From the NCBI RefSeq assembly GCF_006345805.1, contig NC_043002.1, positions 95,852,001 to 95,916,000 on the forward strand: DNA of 64,000 nucleotides, read 5' to 3'. Each line of letters opens with the position of its first letter. Position 1 is the first letter of the stretch. This document shows positions 1-12,365 of this stretch, in pieces. This DNA is from Octopus sinensis. Taxonomy: Eukaryota. A program made the translations under genes and the position numbers. Below the pieces are notes generated by a model. That model worked only from the letters and a program-made list of their open reading frames with translations. It made no database searches and was not told the origin of the DNA.

Positions 1-429
1 GTTTTGATTCCCAGACCGGGCATAGTGAGTGCTTATTGAGCAAAAACACCTAAGCTCCACGAGGCTCTGGCAGGGTGGGGGTGAACCCCGCTGTACTCTT
101 TTGCCACAACTTTCTCTCGCTCTTTCTTCCTACTTCTGCCACAAAGCAGAGGAACCATGGTGTAACCCACTATGGTGTGGTAAACTTTCAGACCTTTGTC
201 TAGATTGTGAATCCTCTGTACCCCAGGATGGTTCAGCTCTCCACCCGTTAAAAGCCACCGTTTACGGAATGAGGATAACAACGTAGCTTTTGCACCCATG
301 CAACCACCAGTCTATTACGTGTGGTGAGTGGATCTTCAAGTTGCTACATTCTTGGTAGCTTACAGTAGGCTTGAATTAAAGATTATCCTTTGTGGCTAAT
401 GGCATGAGTCCTGATTGGAAGAAGAAGAA

Positions 430-810
430 GACAGCAACCATTTAACTGAGCATGCTGGGTGCATTTTACATGCCACCAGCACAGGTGTGTTTATGCACCA
501 GCATGGGTGCATTTTATGTGGCACCAACACCTGAAAGTACAAGCCTGTATGTATGAAAGACAGCGCTTTTACTTCGCTTGATGCGTCTTCTCAAGTACAG
601 CAAATCACAACTCCCAGTCCCTTGTCATTTCCTCAGTGAGGCCCAGCATCTGAAGATCTCTTCTCACCACTTCATCCCACGTCTTCCTGGGTCTACCCCT
701 TCCACAAGTTCCCTCCATAATCAGAACTTGACATTTTTTTATGCAGTTGTCCTCATCTATGTGCATCATGTGACCAAACCAAGCATAGTCTTCTTTCTTA
801 CACACAACTG
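430..810 (-). mobile_element. RTE-type LINE 3' fragment
   Basis: WFGHMMHIDEDNCIKKCQVLIMEGTCGRGRPRKTWDEVVRRDL. Confidence 0.8.
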
Positions 811-1148
811 ATGTCTCTTATACTCTTATTTAAAATTTTTTTTTTTTTTTTGCTGAAACTCAATGGGACATGCTTCATAATATTTGGTAATCCCATTATT
901 TGTCTTTCTTTCTTTCTCTATCCCTTTCTTCTTCGTTTGAAAGACAACTACCTGAATGTATTAGTTGAATTAATTGACTACCAATTGTTCTATTATTCTA
1001 TATTAATGACATTCAAGGCTGTCTATAGATATAGGGCAAATATGAAATATTAAATGCATAAATAGCATAGAATTTCAAGTCACTTGCTTATATTGACAAT
1101 TTATTAAAAAAAATTTACACCAAAAATGGATAATTTACCAAAAAAATT

Positions 1149-1202
1149 TTACATCATTTCCTCTCTCACATCAAAAATGGATGAACCAATCAATTGATGG
1201 TA
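1149..1202 (-). CDS. PIGA: Putative PIGA terminal coding exon (YHQLIGSSIFDVREEMM*)
   Basis: Strong acceptor TTTTTATTCTTCAG in the required phase 0, but little recognisable homology; other acceptors near 1027 and 952 are possible. Confidence 0.35.
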   Translation of the reverse strand, partial: YHQLIGSSIFDVREEMM

Positions 1203-1451
1203 CTGAAGAATAAAAATGTGTCTACCACTTCATTCACACAACAAAGATTGTAGCATGATGTATTCACAATTGGTGATCCTGAAACCAACATGAGAAGACC
1301 TTATGTACATGCATCACTTGTTGTTTTGGAACACACACACACACACGCATACACACGCATACACACGCATACACACTAAGTGAACAAACGAACAATTACT
1401 GTTTAACTACTTTTAAAAATATTTAATATTTGCTTCAAACCAAACACTTAC

Positions 1452-1551
1452 CTCATCCGGATAGAACCACCTTAAGTAAGACAAAAATATAATATCAATG
1501 ATGGTAACAATGACAAGGAGCTTGCCAACCAGTTTTCCTGTGTTGTAGTAC
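1452..1551 (-). CDS. PIGA: PIGA coding exon 11 (transmembrane segment)
   Basis: (K)YYNTGKLVGKLLVIVTIIDIIFLSYLRWFYPDE; hydrophobic helix followed by LRW..P as in PIG-A; GTAAGT donor. Confidence 0.92.
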
Positions 1552-2609
1552 CTTTGAAAAAGAATGTATTAATATTATTTGTTATTTACTGTGATGCTGA
1601 TTAATACATCATATGAAATAGTCTGTGACAATAAGAATGATTTACTTGCATTTCACACAATAATATTGATAGTATTTATTTTATCAGCTTGTGAAAGATT
1701 AACACACAAAAGTGATACAGGGGAGTAAACTCCAAAAGACTTTTTTAAGTCCCATCAGCATCAAACAACGATCTTATGTAATGCATAGTATAGTAATTAA
1801 CCCAATCATCTTAGCTGAAAACAGTTATCATATTCTTCACAAACTTATGCAAGAACAGGTACCAAGATGTTAAACATTTGCTTTAAAAATTCATGAAAAT
1901 ATTCATATTTAAAGAACCAGTCCTAAAAAAGAAACCCAACTTTTATATAGCAGATTGGCAGGCTGAAGAATGAACTTTTTTTTTAGTGTAGATATTAAAT
2001 GTCCTGGACATTGAAGTAAGACTCCAACTTAGAAGTCCAGGAGTTTTGGAGAATGTGAAATTACTCCTCAGTCATCACTATTGCCTGGTTTGCTCAGGCC
2101 AAAGGCAGAAGTACATGTCAAGGGCCCCATTTATTGGCCAAATACCAGAAGATGGTCCTGTGGTTAAGATATACAGGACTCAAAGGCAGGATGGCCCTTA
2201 GACATGTGTCATGCAGGCCCACCAGTATATGGACATGTCCTCATGTCATGTGAACCAGTCCCCACCCTACCTTAGGGTTAAAGAGGCCCTCTGTCTCACG
2301 TGTAAGCTCAAGAGAGCATAGTAAATTGTAAATATGCCATCAGAAGACAAAAGGAAACCACTGCCCTATATATATTGCCCATGGAAAATCATAAATCTTC
2401 AGACTTTAGCATGGAAAATCATTGCTGCCAACTTCTATAAAACAGATATTGTACATGAAGAAAGAAAGAAAGAAAGAGAGAGAGAAAGAGTGATACGGAA
2501 CTGTTGTGGGTTTGTTTCTAAGTAGACTCATGTAGAGAATACATGTCAGCATGTCTATTTTTATGCTATTGAAAAAGTTTATGTTTTTAAATCCTTTATG
2601 CTATTCAAA

Positions 2610-2737
2610 TTATACATTTCTTTGATTCGCCAGTGTCCCTCAAACGGGTTGCAGACTTCTCCTTTTACATGAAGAGAAATAGCTAAATCCAAGCCCAGTA
2701 ATGTTATAAACACTACCTTAATTTCTGACTAAAAGAT
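2610..2737 (-). pseudogene. Intronic rearranged copy of part of PIGA exon 10 joined to nearby intron sequence
   Basis: 2610-2701 matches 3496-3587 (12 mismatches in 92 nt, no indels); 2691-2737 matches 3299-3345 (6 mismatches in 47 nt). Confidence 0.85.
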
Positions 2738-3408
2738 GATTATGAAATATCACTTCCTATCACTCCACTGTATAATGACTCTTTTATCATCCAGCATGGA
2801 TATTCTGCAGTTTCTTAAGACATTACTGTCTATCAATGTAAGAAACATATGGTCTTGACCAGACAAAAAAAAAGTTGAACATATAATATCCTTATCATAC
2901 TACGTGTTGCAAAGTGGCAGAGTTATGAGAGTGTCAGATAAAACGCCTCACCGTATTTGTTCAGTCTGCTCTCTAGGTTCAAATCCTGTCAAAATCAACT
3001 TTGCCTTTCTTTCATCTTTTCATGGTCAATGAAAAAGCACTATGTCTTTCGTCTTTCAGGATCAATGAAGAAAAAGCAACAATTTGGGATAATGGACTGG
3101 AAAGACTAAGAACGTCAGACTAGATGCCATGCAGTAAGTGTTCTGAGTTCAAATCCCACCATGGGCTACTTGGGTGGTAGACTTTATCCATCAACCAGTT
3201 TGGTTACCACCACCTGGTGCCCTTAGTAGAGTCCACTTTGTTGTAAGCATTCAGGTCAGTTTGAAGATATATTTGCCCCTTTCTCCCACCAGTCTCGGAA
3301 GCCCTGTAATGTTATAAATACTGCCTTACTTTCTAAGTAAAAGATAAAAAGAAAAAAAAATGAAAAAAAAAATAAACCAGATACTCAAGGTTGAAAGATA
3401 ATACCTAC

Positions 3409-3592
3409 TTCTTTAATCGTTCTGCTATATCTCTAGATGGCATCAACATTACATTTTTGTAAACCTTTTCAGTTCGTTGAGCTACAGAACGCCAGTTATA
3501 CATCTCTTTGATACGCTGGTGTCTCTCAAATGGGTCGCAAACTTCTCCTTTTGCATGAAGAGAAATAGCTTTATCCAAGCCCTGTAAAAGAG
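3409..3592 (-). CDS. PIGA: PIGA coding exon 10
   Basis: (A)LLQGLDKAISLHAKGEVCDPFERHQRIKEMYNWRSVAQRTEKVYKNVMLMPSRDIAERLK; YNWRSVAQRTEKVY resembles the human YTWRNVAERTEKVY. Confidence 0.94.
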
Positions 3593-3750
3593 CTAAAAAT
3601 AAAGAACTTATTAAAAAAAGCTATCATTTACATAAGAATCACAATAGTAAAAATCAGTTTATGACTTGTTAGATTTTTGATCTTTGATTCTCTCTCAAAT
3701 TACCATATTGTGATATCTCACTATGAAAATTAAACAAGACAGGGACATTT

Positions 3751-4106
3751 CATCATCATCATCATCATCGTTTAACGTCCGTTCTCCATGCTAGCATGGG
3801 TTGGACGGTTCGACCGGGGATCTGGGAAACCAGAAGGCTGCACCAGGCTCCAGTCTTATCTGGCAATGTTTCTACAGCTGGATGCCCTTCCTAACGCCAA
3901 CCACTCCGTGAGTGTAGTGGGTGCTTTTTATGTGCCACCTGCACAGGTGCCAGGCAAGGCTGGCAACGGCCACGGTCAGATTGGTGTATTTTACGTGCCA
4001 CCGGCACGGAAGCCAATCGAGGCGGCGCTGGCATCGGCCACGAGTCGGATAGTGCTTTTTACGTACCACCAGACCAGGGATCCTGGCTGGTTCAATTCGA
4101 TTTCGA
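3751..4106 (-). mobile_element. RTE 3' UTR/tail copy
   Basis: (CAT)n-CGTTTAACGTCCG...GGATGCCCTTCCTAACGCCAACCACTCC, same as 19260-19446. Further copies at about 6767-7029(+), 8608-8855(-), 15481-15667(+), 17019-17150(-), 20638-20850(+), 22206-22472(-), 22811-23017(-), 24166-24700(-), 26858-27257(-), 41127-41472(-). Confidence 0.85.
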
Positions 4107-5495
4107 AATTGGATTTATAATTGGAATTTAGAGAATGCCAAAAACTGATAACAAAAATTCAAATCTATATAATTTTACAGTTGCTGTGAGGTTAAGATCA
4201 TAGGTTCAATCTTAATTCATACCTTTAAAGCAAAAGGCGTATTAATCTACCTCAACTGTCAAATACTTGATTCAATCATTTGTAATCTGCTTATCCACTA
4301 TTAGCATTAACTTTACTTCTGCTTCTTCCATGCTTTCCTGGATTGGACCATGAAAGCATTGAGGCATTGTTCTATAACTGGATGGCCTTCCTGACAACAA
4401 ACCCTTTATTGTTTTTCAAATAAGGAATTTTTATTTTGCTGGCCTTCACATACATTGAAAACTGCTAGGCTTTGAGACATATATTTTACAAATGACAACA
4501 TAAGCACTATCACTGCTATTTCTCACAAGGTGACAATGTGAAGACCCACAGAAATATTCCTATGTATGCATGTACACACACACACACACACACAACAAAA
4601 CAGGAAATTTTTTGGTATTATTTATTCACCTTTACATGTGATTCATTTGCTAATAGAAGTTACAAAGTTTTACATATTAGATAGAGATGTAAGAAATTTC
4701 CTATCAGGAATTCTTCAGACAGAGACATAATCTAATTCTTATTAGCAAATGAAACCAAAAAATTTCCAATTTCCTCTTTCGTGATACAATAACTCTGCAA
4801 ATAATATTTCAATAATTCTCAATTTTAATATGTATTTTGACTAACATACTGTAGCAACTGAGACTACATACTGGATTGTAATAATGAAATAGAGATATGC
4901 TTCAAGAGGAAACGGTTGGGATTTACCTTAATTACCTATATATTACACACACACACATCCATGGGGCTTCCTTATAGTTTCAATCCACTAAAATTCATTC
5001 ACAAGACATTTGGTCAGCCCAAAGCTATAGTAGAAACATCTGCCTAAGGTGTCACACATTGAGATGAGACCTGAAGCCATATGATTGCAAAGCAAATTTC
5101 TTAATCATACTAACAAGTAAAATGATAAAGATGATTTGGAAAAAAAATACAAGCAAAAAACAAAGATTAACTCTACTTTAATCTTAACAAAAGTCTGTAC
5201 TTAAATATTTGTTTTAAGAGTGTGTGGATAAAGTGATTCTATTAAATTAAATTTATACATTTTACCCAAAAAATAGCTACAAATGATCAGTGAATGTAGT
5301 TATAAATGTACAGCTTGTCAATAATTTGGAGGAGAGGTAGTTGATGAAAAGCCAAGACTGGGAGTCTATAACAAGTACTGAGTATTGAAAGCATGAAATG
5401 AGTATGTGGTTAAGAAATTCACTTCACATCGTTTCAGGTTCAACTTCAGTAAGTGTCTTCTATAATAGCTTCAGGTCAACATTTCAGTATCTTAC

Positions 5496-5581
5496 CTGGA
5501 ACATTAGGTTCAGCCAGTATAATAAGGTCATCTGGAAGAACTTCAGGAACTCCACCAACTTTGGTACTCACAACCTGAAGT
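5496..5581 (-). CDS. PIGA: PIGA coding exon 9
   Basis: [28 protein letters not shown]; phase 2-1. Confidence 0.96.
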
Positions 5582-7841
5582 CTAAAAGTGAAAGTAGAAA
5601 ACATAATGGATAATGATAGCTATTACTGTAATAGATTAAGAGAGAAGCAGAAAGAAGAGGGATCCTTATTACAAGAATGAGGAGAGTGAAATATTTGGGA
5701 TTGCAAGACAAATGTGTTAAGATGAAGGAATGTATACTATATTATTAGCATTGAAAAGAAAGCGACATGCAAATATCATTATAAGGGCTTGCAAAACAAG
5801 GATTATGAATTACAGAAAAGAAGCTAGATTTAAAGATCAAAGATGAAATTAGATCAATTAAGGTAGGCTAAATTCAAGTTTAGTTTTTGAGGAAGGCTTT
5901 AGGATAGGTTACATGGAACTAATTTTTTGCTGAGTCTGAGTACTAATATAAAAGCTAGATGCAGAAAAATGGCTTATAAGAATTGTGAAGTGCCATACTG
6001 TATGCGTAAACTCCCATGAAACAAATCAATAATACAAGTTTGATTTCCAGTATAACTATTTCTCTAACACTGCTATCCCCCTCTCTCTCTTTTGGAGAGG
6101 CATAAGCACCTACATGCACATATACACACATGGCAGTAACTTGCGCCTGCCGAATTCAATCACAAAGCTTCGGTCGGCTCGGGGCTATGACAGAAGACAC
6201 CTACCCAAAGTGCCACGCAGTGGGACTGAACCCGAAACCATATAGCTAGGAAGCAAGCTCCCTAACCACACAGCCATGCCCGCGCCTACTATGTCCTTGA
6301 GAAATACAAGAATGTCGTAATTCCTGCAGTCAAGAGAAGTAACTACAAGCTGATAGATACTTTTGATAACAAAAAGTTGATCAATTGACTTTATCCTGTT
6401 AGCTGTGAGTTCTGTGAAGATTCATGTGTAAAGGTACATATCTATCAGGGTTCTACCTTTAGGTCTTTGCTTTTCTGTCTAGGCCTTCACAGTAACAAAA
6501 TGACTGAGTACTCATAAGAACTGCAAAAGAAGATTAAAACTTGCAATAGTGAGTCTGAATCCAAAAAAAAACCCACAAGTGGGACTTTGCAAGAAAATAA
6601 TATTCAGTAGATACTATATAGTGGCCTTGTATTTACTGATTACACAGGAAGGGAATAGATGTACAGCATGAGTAAATGATTTACATAAGCAGTTATGAAC
6701 TTGAGGCCAAGGACTATTCAGTTAGCTAGTAAAAAATAGATGATATAATTTATATTGAAGATAAAGCTCGCCTGGCACCTGTGTCAGTGGCACATAAAAA
6801 ACACCACCCGAGCATGGCCGTTCGCCAGCCTCATCTGGCACCTGTGTCGGTGGCACATAAAAAGCACCCACTACACTCACGGAGTGGTTGGCGTTAGGAA
6901 GGGCATCCAGCTGTAGAAACACTGCCAGATCTGACTGGCCTGGTGCAGCCTTCGAGCTTCCCAGACCCTAGTTGAACCGTCCAACCCATGCTAGCATGGA
7001 AAGCGGACGTTAAACGATGATGATGATGAAAGCTAATGATCAAACAGTGGATAGAAGTGAAACTGTTTGTCTTTAACTCAGAAGCTTATTAGGTTGGAGC
7101 TAACCTAGTTTTCAAGATATTTAAGCAACTGATGTACAAGACTCCGCCCTTAAACAAGACACCAATCCATTGTGGGATTAACCGTCAGCTGCCAATAGTA
7201 AAGTGGAGCAACATGAAGTGAAGTAGTATGCTCAAGGATACAACATAACATCCAGTTCAGAAATTGAACCCACGTTTTAATGAGTGTGAGCCCAATACCC
7301 TTAACTAAGCTACATGCCTTCACTTAGTAGTTAAAAAATGTTATAATGTATATCAAAGATAAACTTAATGATATTACAGTAGTTAGAGTTTAAAAAAAAG
7401 TAAAAGCCTTGTTTTTTTTGTTTTTTTTTAAGGCTTAGTCAATTCGTCAGAGGGTGAAAAATAACACCTATGACATTTTTCAGGGGGTCTGATATTGATA
7501 GGAGAAAAGGAAACTTATCCTGATTGGAGATCTGGCTTGAATACTTGCAATAGCAGAGTGAGCTCCAAGAGGCATCTAACTAGTTAATGGTATTAAACTT
7601 GAGTTTAGAGAAAGGTCACTTCTATTGACAACAATGAATTTATCACTAGGATAAATTATATGGCATAGATCTAAGTATTGTGGTATCCCCTTTGGCACTG
7701 AAATATGAGCTGTGAATGTCAAGGACCAACCCAATAATGATGGGAGATGGTTTTCAATGTAAGGTTTTGCAATGTTAACTTAAGAGAAAAATTAAGTCCA
7801 AGTATGTTTAGAAAGCAACTGGAGAGCAAACTTTTGTTTAA

Positions 7842-8061
7842 CCCTTTAGAATTCAGATTTCTTTGTCAAATGTATTGCTTATTTATTCACATTGTTTTGA
7901 ATTAATCTTGCATTATCTCACAGCTTTGAGATTTTGATGATGTAATTATTTATTTTTAGAATGATATTGTCTGCTAAGAGTGAGAGGCTGGATCTGGCCA
8001 GTTTGAACATAAAACAAGTGGAATATTTGGGCTGGATAAGGCCTGTTTGAATGTTAAAGAG
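7842..8061. mobile_element. piggyBac-like MITE family 1 (related copies near 25631-25842 and 38650-38855)
   Basis: TTAA|CCCTTTAG ... TAAAGAG|TTAA. Confidence 0.65.
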
Positions 8062-8403
8062 TTAATATAGACAAGAAAAATGGTAGGTGAAAAATTGCCA
8101 TGAGTTAATGCAAATTATTTCTACAGCAAGAGTAAATGGAGAAAGAATAAAGATTGATTATCAAATATCCATTTGAGAACACTGGACTTTATAGTTGAGA
8201 TGATGTAGCATCAATGAATGGCGAGTAATACTTTCACAAGCAACTAACAATTAAACATACTCAGCAGAAATATAACTCTTCTTTCATCTCTTCATCTATT
8301 TCAGTCACATAGTTATGGCCATGCTGGGATCAACTTGTGTCTAAGTTCTCAAGTCACATATTTCAGAGAGAAAATTTCTGGTGTGAAATCAAATATAACT
8401 TAC

Positions 8404-8486
8404 CCACATGAGGCAGCCTCAACCATTGCTATGCAGAAAGCTTCAGTTAGGGAAGTGTTTAACAAAATGTCTCCTTTAACAAGAAC
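8404..8486 (-). CDS. PIGA: PIGA coding exon 8 (GT-B glycosyltransferase signature)
   Basis: VLVKGDILLNTSLTEAFCIAMVEAASC(G), containing the E-x7-E motif of family 4 glycosyltransferases. Confidence 0.97.
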
Positions 8487-9272
8487 CTATAAGTCAAATG
8501 ATTGTCATTTAATTTCATGATAAATATTGTTTTCTTTTATAATGTTTAGGTAGTTGCAAGTGACCAAAATCAAATTTTTAAAAAAATAGCTACAAATGAT
8601 CTGTGAATCATCATCATCATCATCATCATCGTTAACGTCCGTTTTCCGCGCTAGCACGGGTTGGACGGTTTCGACCGGGGTCTGGGGAGCTCGGGACTGC
8701 CCCAGGCTCCAGTCTAGTCTGGCAGTGTTTCTACAGCTGGATGCCCTTCCTAACGCCAACCACTCCGCGAGTGTAGTGGGTGTTTTTTACGTGCCACCTG
8801 CACAGGTGCCAGAGGGGTCTGACATCGGCCACGTTCGGATGGTGCTTTTTATGTGGGGGGGGGGTGCAGAAATATAGGGGAGCACCAGTGGGGAGGGGTG
8901 GTTCAGAGAAATGATGACAGGTTCTAGGCAAGTAGAACGTAGGATATCGAGAGAGGGGTAATGCATGGTGAAATAGCGTATTGAAGAGGGGGGGTTCGAA
9001 GAGTAGACACCTATAATGGTGGTGGGAGAAGCGACATCCGGTATATATGGAGCAAAAATATAGATATCCGGTATTGGTGGTGGGGGTGGGTAGGGCGGGT
9101 GCACCGCGAAGATACGAATGTTGATTAATACGAGGAGAAATGAAATGAAATGAATAAGATTAGATAAGATAGACAGATAGAGAAATTTGATAAAATTATG
9201 AATGGTCAGTAAAGAATTGAAAATAGCAACTCAACACCTATCTTGATCGCACTCGGAAATTCACAGCTTGTA

Positions 9273-9308
<36 letters not shown>

Positions 9309-9391
9309 CATATGTGTATTAGAGAGGAAAGGCTTCAAGATGGCACGAAGATACGAATGTTGATTAATACGAGGAGAAATGAAATGAAATG

Positions 9392-9577
9392 TGTAGTTAT
9401 AAATGTACAGCTTGTCAATAATTTGGAGGAGAGGTAGTTGATGAAAAGCCAAGATTGGGAGTCTATAACAAGTACTGAGTATTGAAAGCATGAAATGAGT
9501 ACGTGGTTAAGAAATTCACTTCACATCGTTTCAGGTTCAACTTCAGTAAGTGTCTTCTATAATAGCTTCAGGTCAAC
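9392..9577 (+). repeat. 186-bp near-identical duplicate of 5295-5480
   Basis: Only 2 substitutions found by eye. Confidence 0.9.
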
Positions 9578-11082
9578 TAAAACTTTGTGAGTAAAATTAA
9601 ATAGACAGAAACAATGCAGAAACCTGTCTGAAAGTTTGCTCCCATTTTTTGGCTGGTAGACTTAATTTATTGACTAGTTTAAAATCACTGCCTAGCCTTT
9701 AGAAGAGTCCACTCTACTGTAGGCATTCAGCCAAGTCACCAGTCTGACAATAACATTGTCCTTTCCTTTCCACAACTCATAGAGGCCCTGAGAAAATATC
9801 ATAGCTGCTATTCTTTCTTCTGATTATTCTGTTAAAAACAGGGAAAGTAAGATGGATAGAGAATCTTCTGGTTAAGAATGAGTATGGAAACTAATAGGTG
9901 TGTGATTAAGAAGTTTGCTTCATAATCATTTGGTTTTAGGTTGCATCCCACTGTACGACATCTTGGACAGGTGCATTTTAATAAAGCTCCAAGCTGACCA
10001 AATCCTTGAAAGTGAAACTATATCAGCTGGTCATACATATAAATGTTTGTGTATCGTCATCATCATTATCATCATTATCATCATCCTTTAACATCCATTT
10101 TCCATGCTGGCATGGGTTTGATTGGTCTGACCAGAGCTGGCAAACCAAAGAACTGCACCAGGTTCGTCTGATTTGGCTTGGTTTCTACAGTTGTATGCCC
10201 TTCTTTTATGGTGTGCTAGGTACTTCTAATATTGCACTGGCACAAGTGCCTTTACATAGAATCAGCACAGGTCTCTTGCAGGCCAATCCTCTTCACCAGG
10301 GGATGCAGCCTTAACACTTCCACTGTGGATGACAAGTCTTCTTGAATAGAGCAAAGTGTTAGGTATCTCAGTCCTTTGTCATTTCATTTGACAGGTTCAG
10401 CATTCTGAGGTCATCCTTCAGAACTTCGACCTGTGTATATGTGCAAGTGCATGTGTGTGTGTGTACATGCATATATATGCACACAAATGCATGTGTTTAT
10501 TTCCATGTTTCTTCCTTTGAGTAAAAACCTTGATGCTAGTTCACGTTCCCAGTAAACAATATATCCTCTAAGTTTGGCAGTACCATTGGTCTCAACATGT
10601 GAAGACCATTGGAAGGAAAATGTACAATCCAGTCATAGAATAGTGCCTCAATAACTTTCATCCAACTCATGCCAGCATGGAAAAAACAGACATAAAATCA
10701 ATGATGACGATGACCATCTTTTCTACTGGCACTACATGAACCTGTACCACTCAACACTGGTTAGCCCCATGTCACCTCCATTCAAGCACTTCTCATTCTC
10801 CTCTTCTTGTCACCTATATAGTGTCCAACTGCCCTACACTAACCACTATGCTCAACCCTTCCTCTCATGGAATTCCTTCCCTGCAGCTAGTAACTGGCAA
10901 CTATTCAAGATGTACATTAACATTGTTAATTTCATCCATCTTGAAAGGGCATGGACACAGACCCTTCTGCTAAATCAAAGCAAAAAAAATAATAACAAAC
11001 AAAAGATTTCTTACCTTCAATACAAAGACTATATAAAACAATATTTACAGTTTATCAAATAAAATACAAAAGAGCAAGGCTT

Positions 11083-11300
11083 GACTTCTTACAAGGCTTT
11101 GCTATAAGGTTTTATTATAATACTTTAACATAAATCTTTGTAATAAAACTTTATTACAAGGCTTTATTATAACAAAGCCTTATAAATCCTTAGCAAAGCC
11201 TTGTAATATAAAGTTTTGTTATAAGGCTTTGCTTTGTTATAAGGCTTTATAAGGCTTTGTTATAAAGCTTCATAATGTTTTGTTATAAAGCTTTATAAAA
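11083..11300. repeat. Degenerate about 13-nt minisatellite (TTGTTATAAGGCT) with an internal inversion
   Basis: Direct units interrupted by reverse units (ATAACAAAGCCTTATAA); related tracts at 14840-14939 and 15788-15870. Confidence 0.7.
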
Positions 11301-11672
11301 TACAAAGGATTTGTACACTGTAGGAGTAAAGAATACTATGCTAAGATGTGTATGTTCCTCAGTCATGGTGCCTTGAGCAGATACCTTTATTCTTAGAGTG
11401 TACCCTAATACTGGTGCCATAATAAAATACAGTATATACCCTGTAAAAGGGTTGGTGACAGGAAAAATATCCAATGATATAAACCAAACCTAAAAGGCAA
11501 TGTACAAACAAGACATGGTCCTCCAACCCATTTATGAAAGCAAAACAAAATAAAAACTAACTAGGATCATGACTATCCATCCAACCCATGCAGGCATGTA
11601 AAGCTGACATAAAACAACAATAATGATGATACTTTAAAAAAAAAATAACTGTGAGTAAAATAGTGAACTTAC

Positions 11673-11779
11673 ATCCCTTATTTCAGTGTGTTTCAGAGAT
11701 CCTAACATTGAAACTCTTTCCTGAAGATGATGTGTTTCACAAACCTCTTCCAAAACAATTCGCTTGGGACCTTCACCTC
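11673..11779 (-). CDS. PIGA: PIGA coding exon 7
   Basis: GGEGPKRIVLEEVCETHHLQERVSMLGSLKHTEIRD; GTAAGT donor. Confidence 0.96.
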
Positions 11780-12030
11780 CTAGTTTTTAAAATTGAAACT
11801 CAGATTATATATATTGCAGCATTTTATCAATTTATCTTCTTAATAATTATTTTGTGTAGACTAAAATGTTCATTTTACTATCATCATGTTTAGTGATTTC
11901 TGTATCTTTTGAAATAGACTGAAAGATAATAACAGAACTAGACATTAGGGATTAAATGAAAAATCGTGGGTTTAGATACATCTGGATGAAGTGGGTAGAG
12001 TACTTACAACTTCATCTGACTACCTAATGG

Positions 12031-12365
12031 CTTAGATTGAGTACCTATGATTCAAACTGAGCACTTACAACATAAACTTAGTAGATATGTCTTAAAATAA
12101 GTTAACTGTGACTAGAGCTGAATACCTAAGATCTGAACAGAATTACTGTGATTTTTGATTGAATATTATGATTTTAAATGAATATCTATGACTTGGAATG
12201 AGAAACTAAGACTTGGATAGAATAACCATGATTTTCATTGTGTACTTAAGACTTCATGTGAATGCCTTCACCGAGAACCTAAGAAAGGTGTGAACTGAAT
12301 GCCTATGACTTGAACTGAGTGATTTAGACTGAGTATCAATGATTAAAACTGAGTGGCTATGACAC
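12031..12365. repeat. Degenerate 20-nt-period tandem array
   Basis: Units resembling CTTGAACTGAGTACCTATGA, about 16 units. Confidence 0.7.

Noticed and set aside
3788-4120. Recurrent ORFs containing LQLDALPNANHS
   Set aside because: Antisense translations of the RTE 3' UTR repeat, not a protein family.
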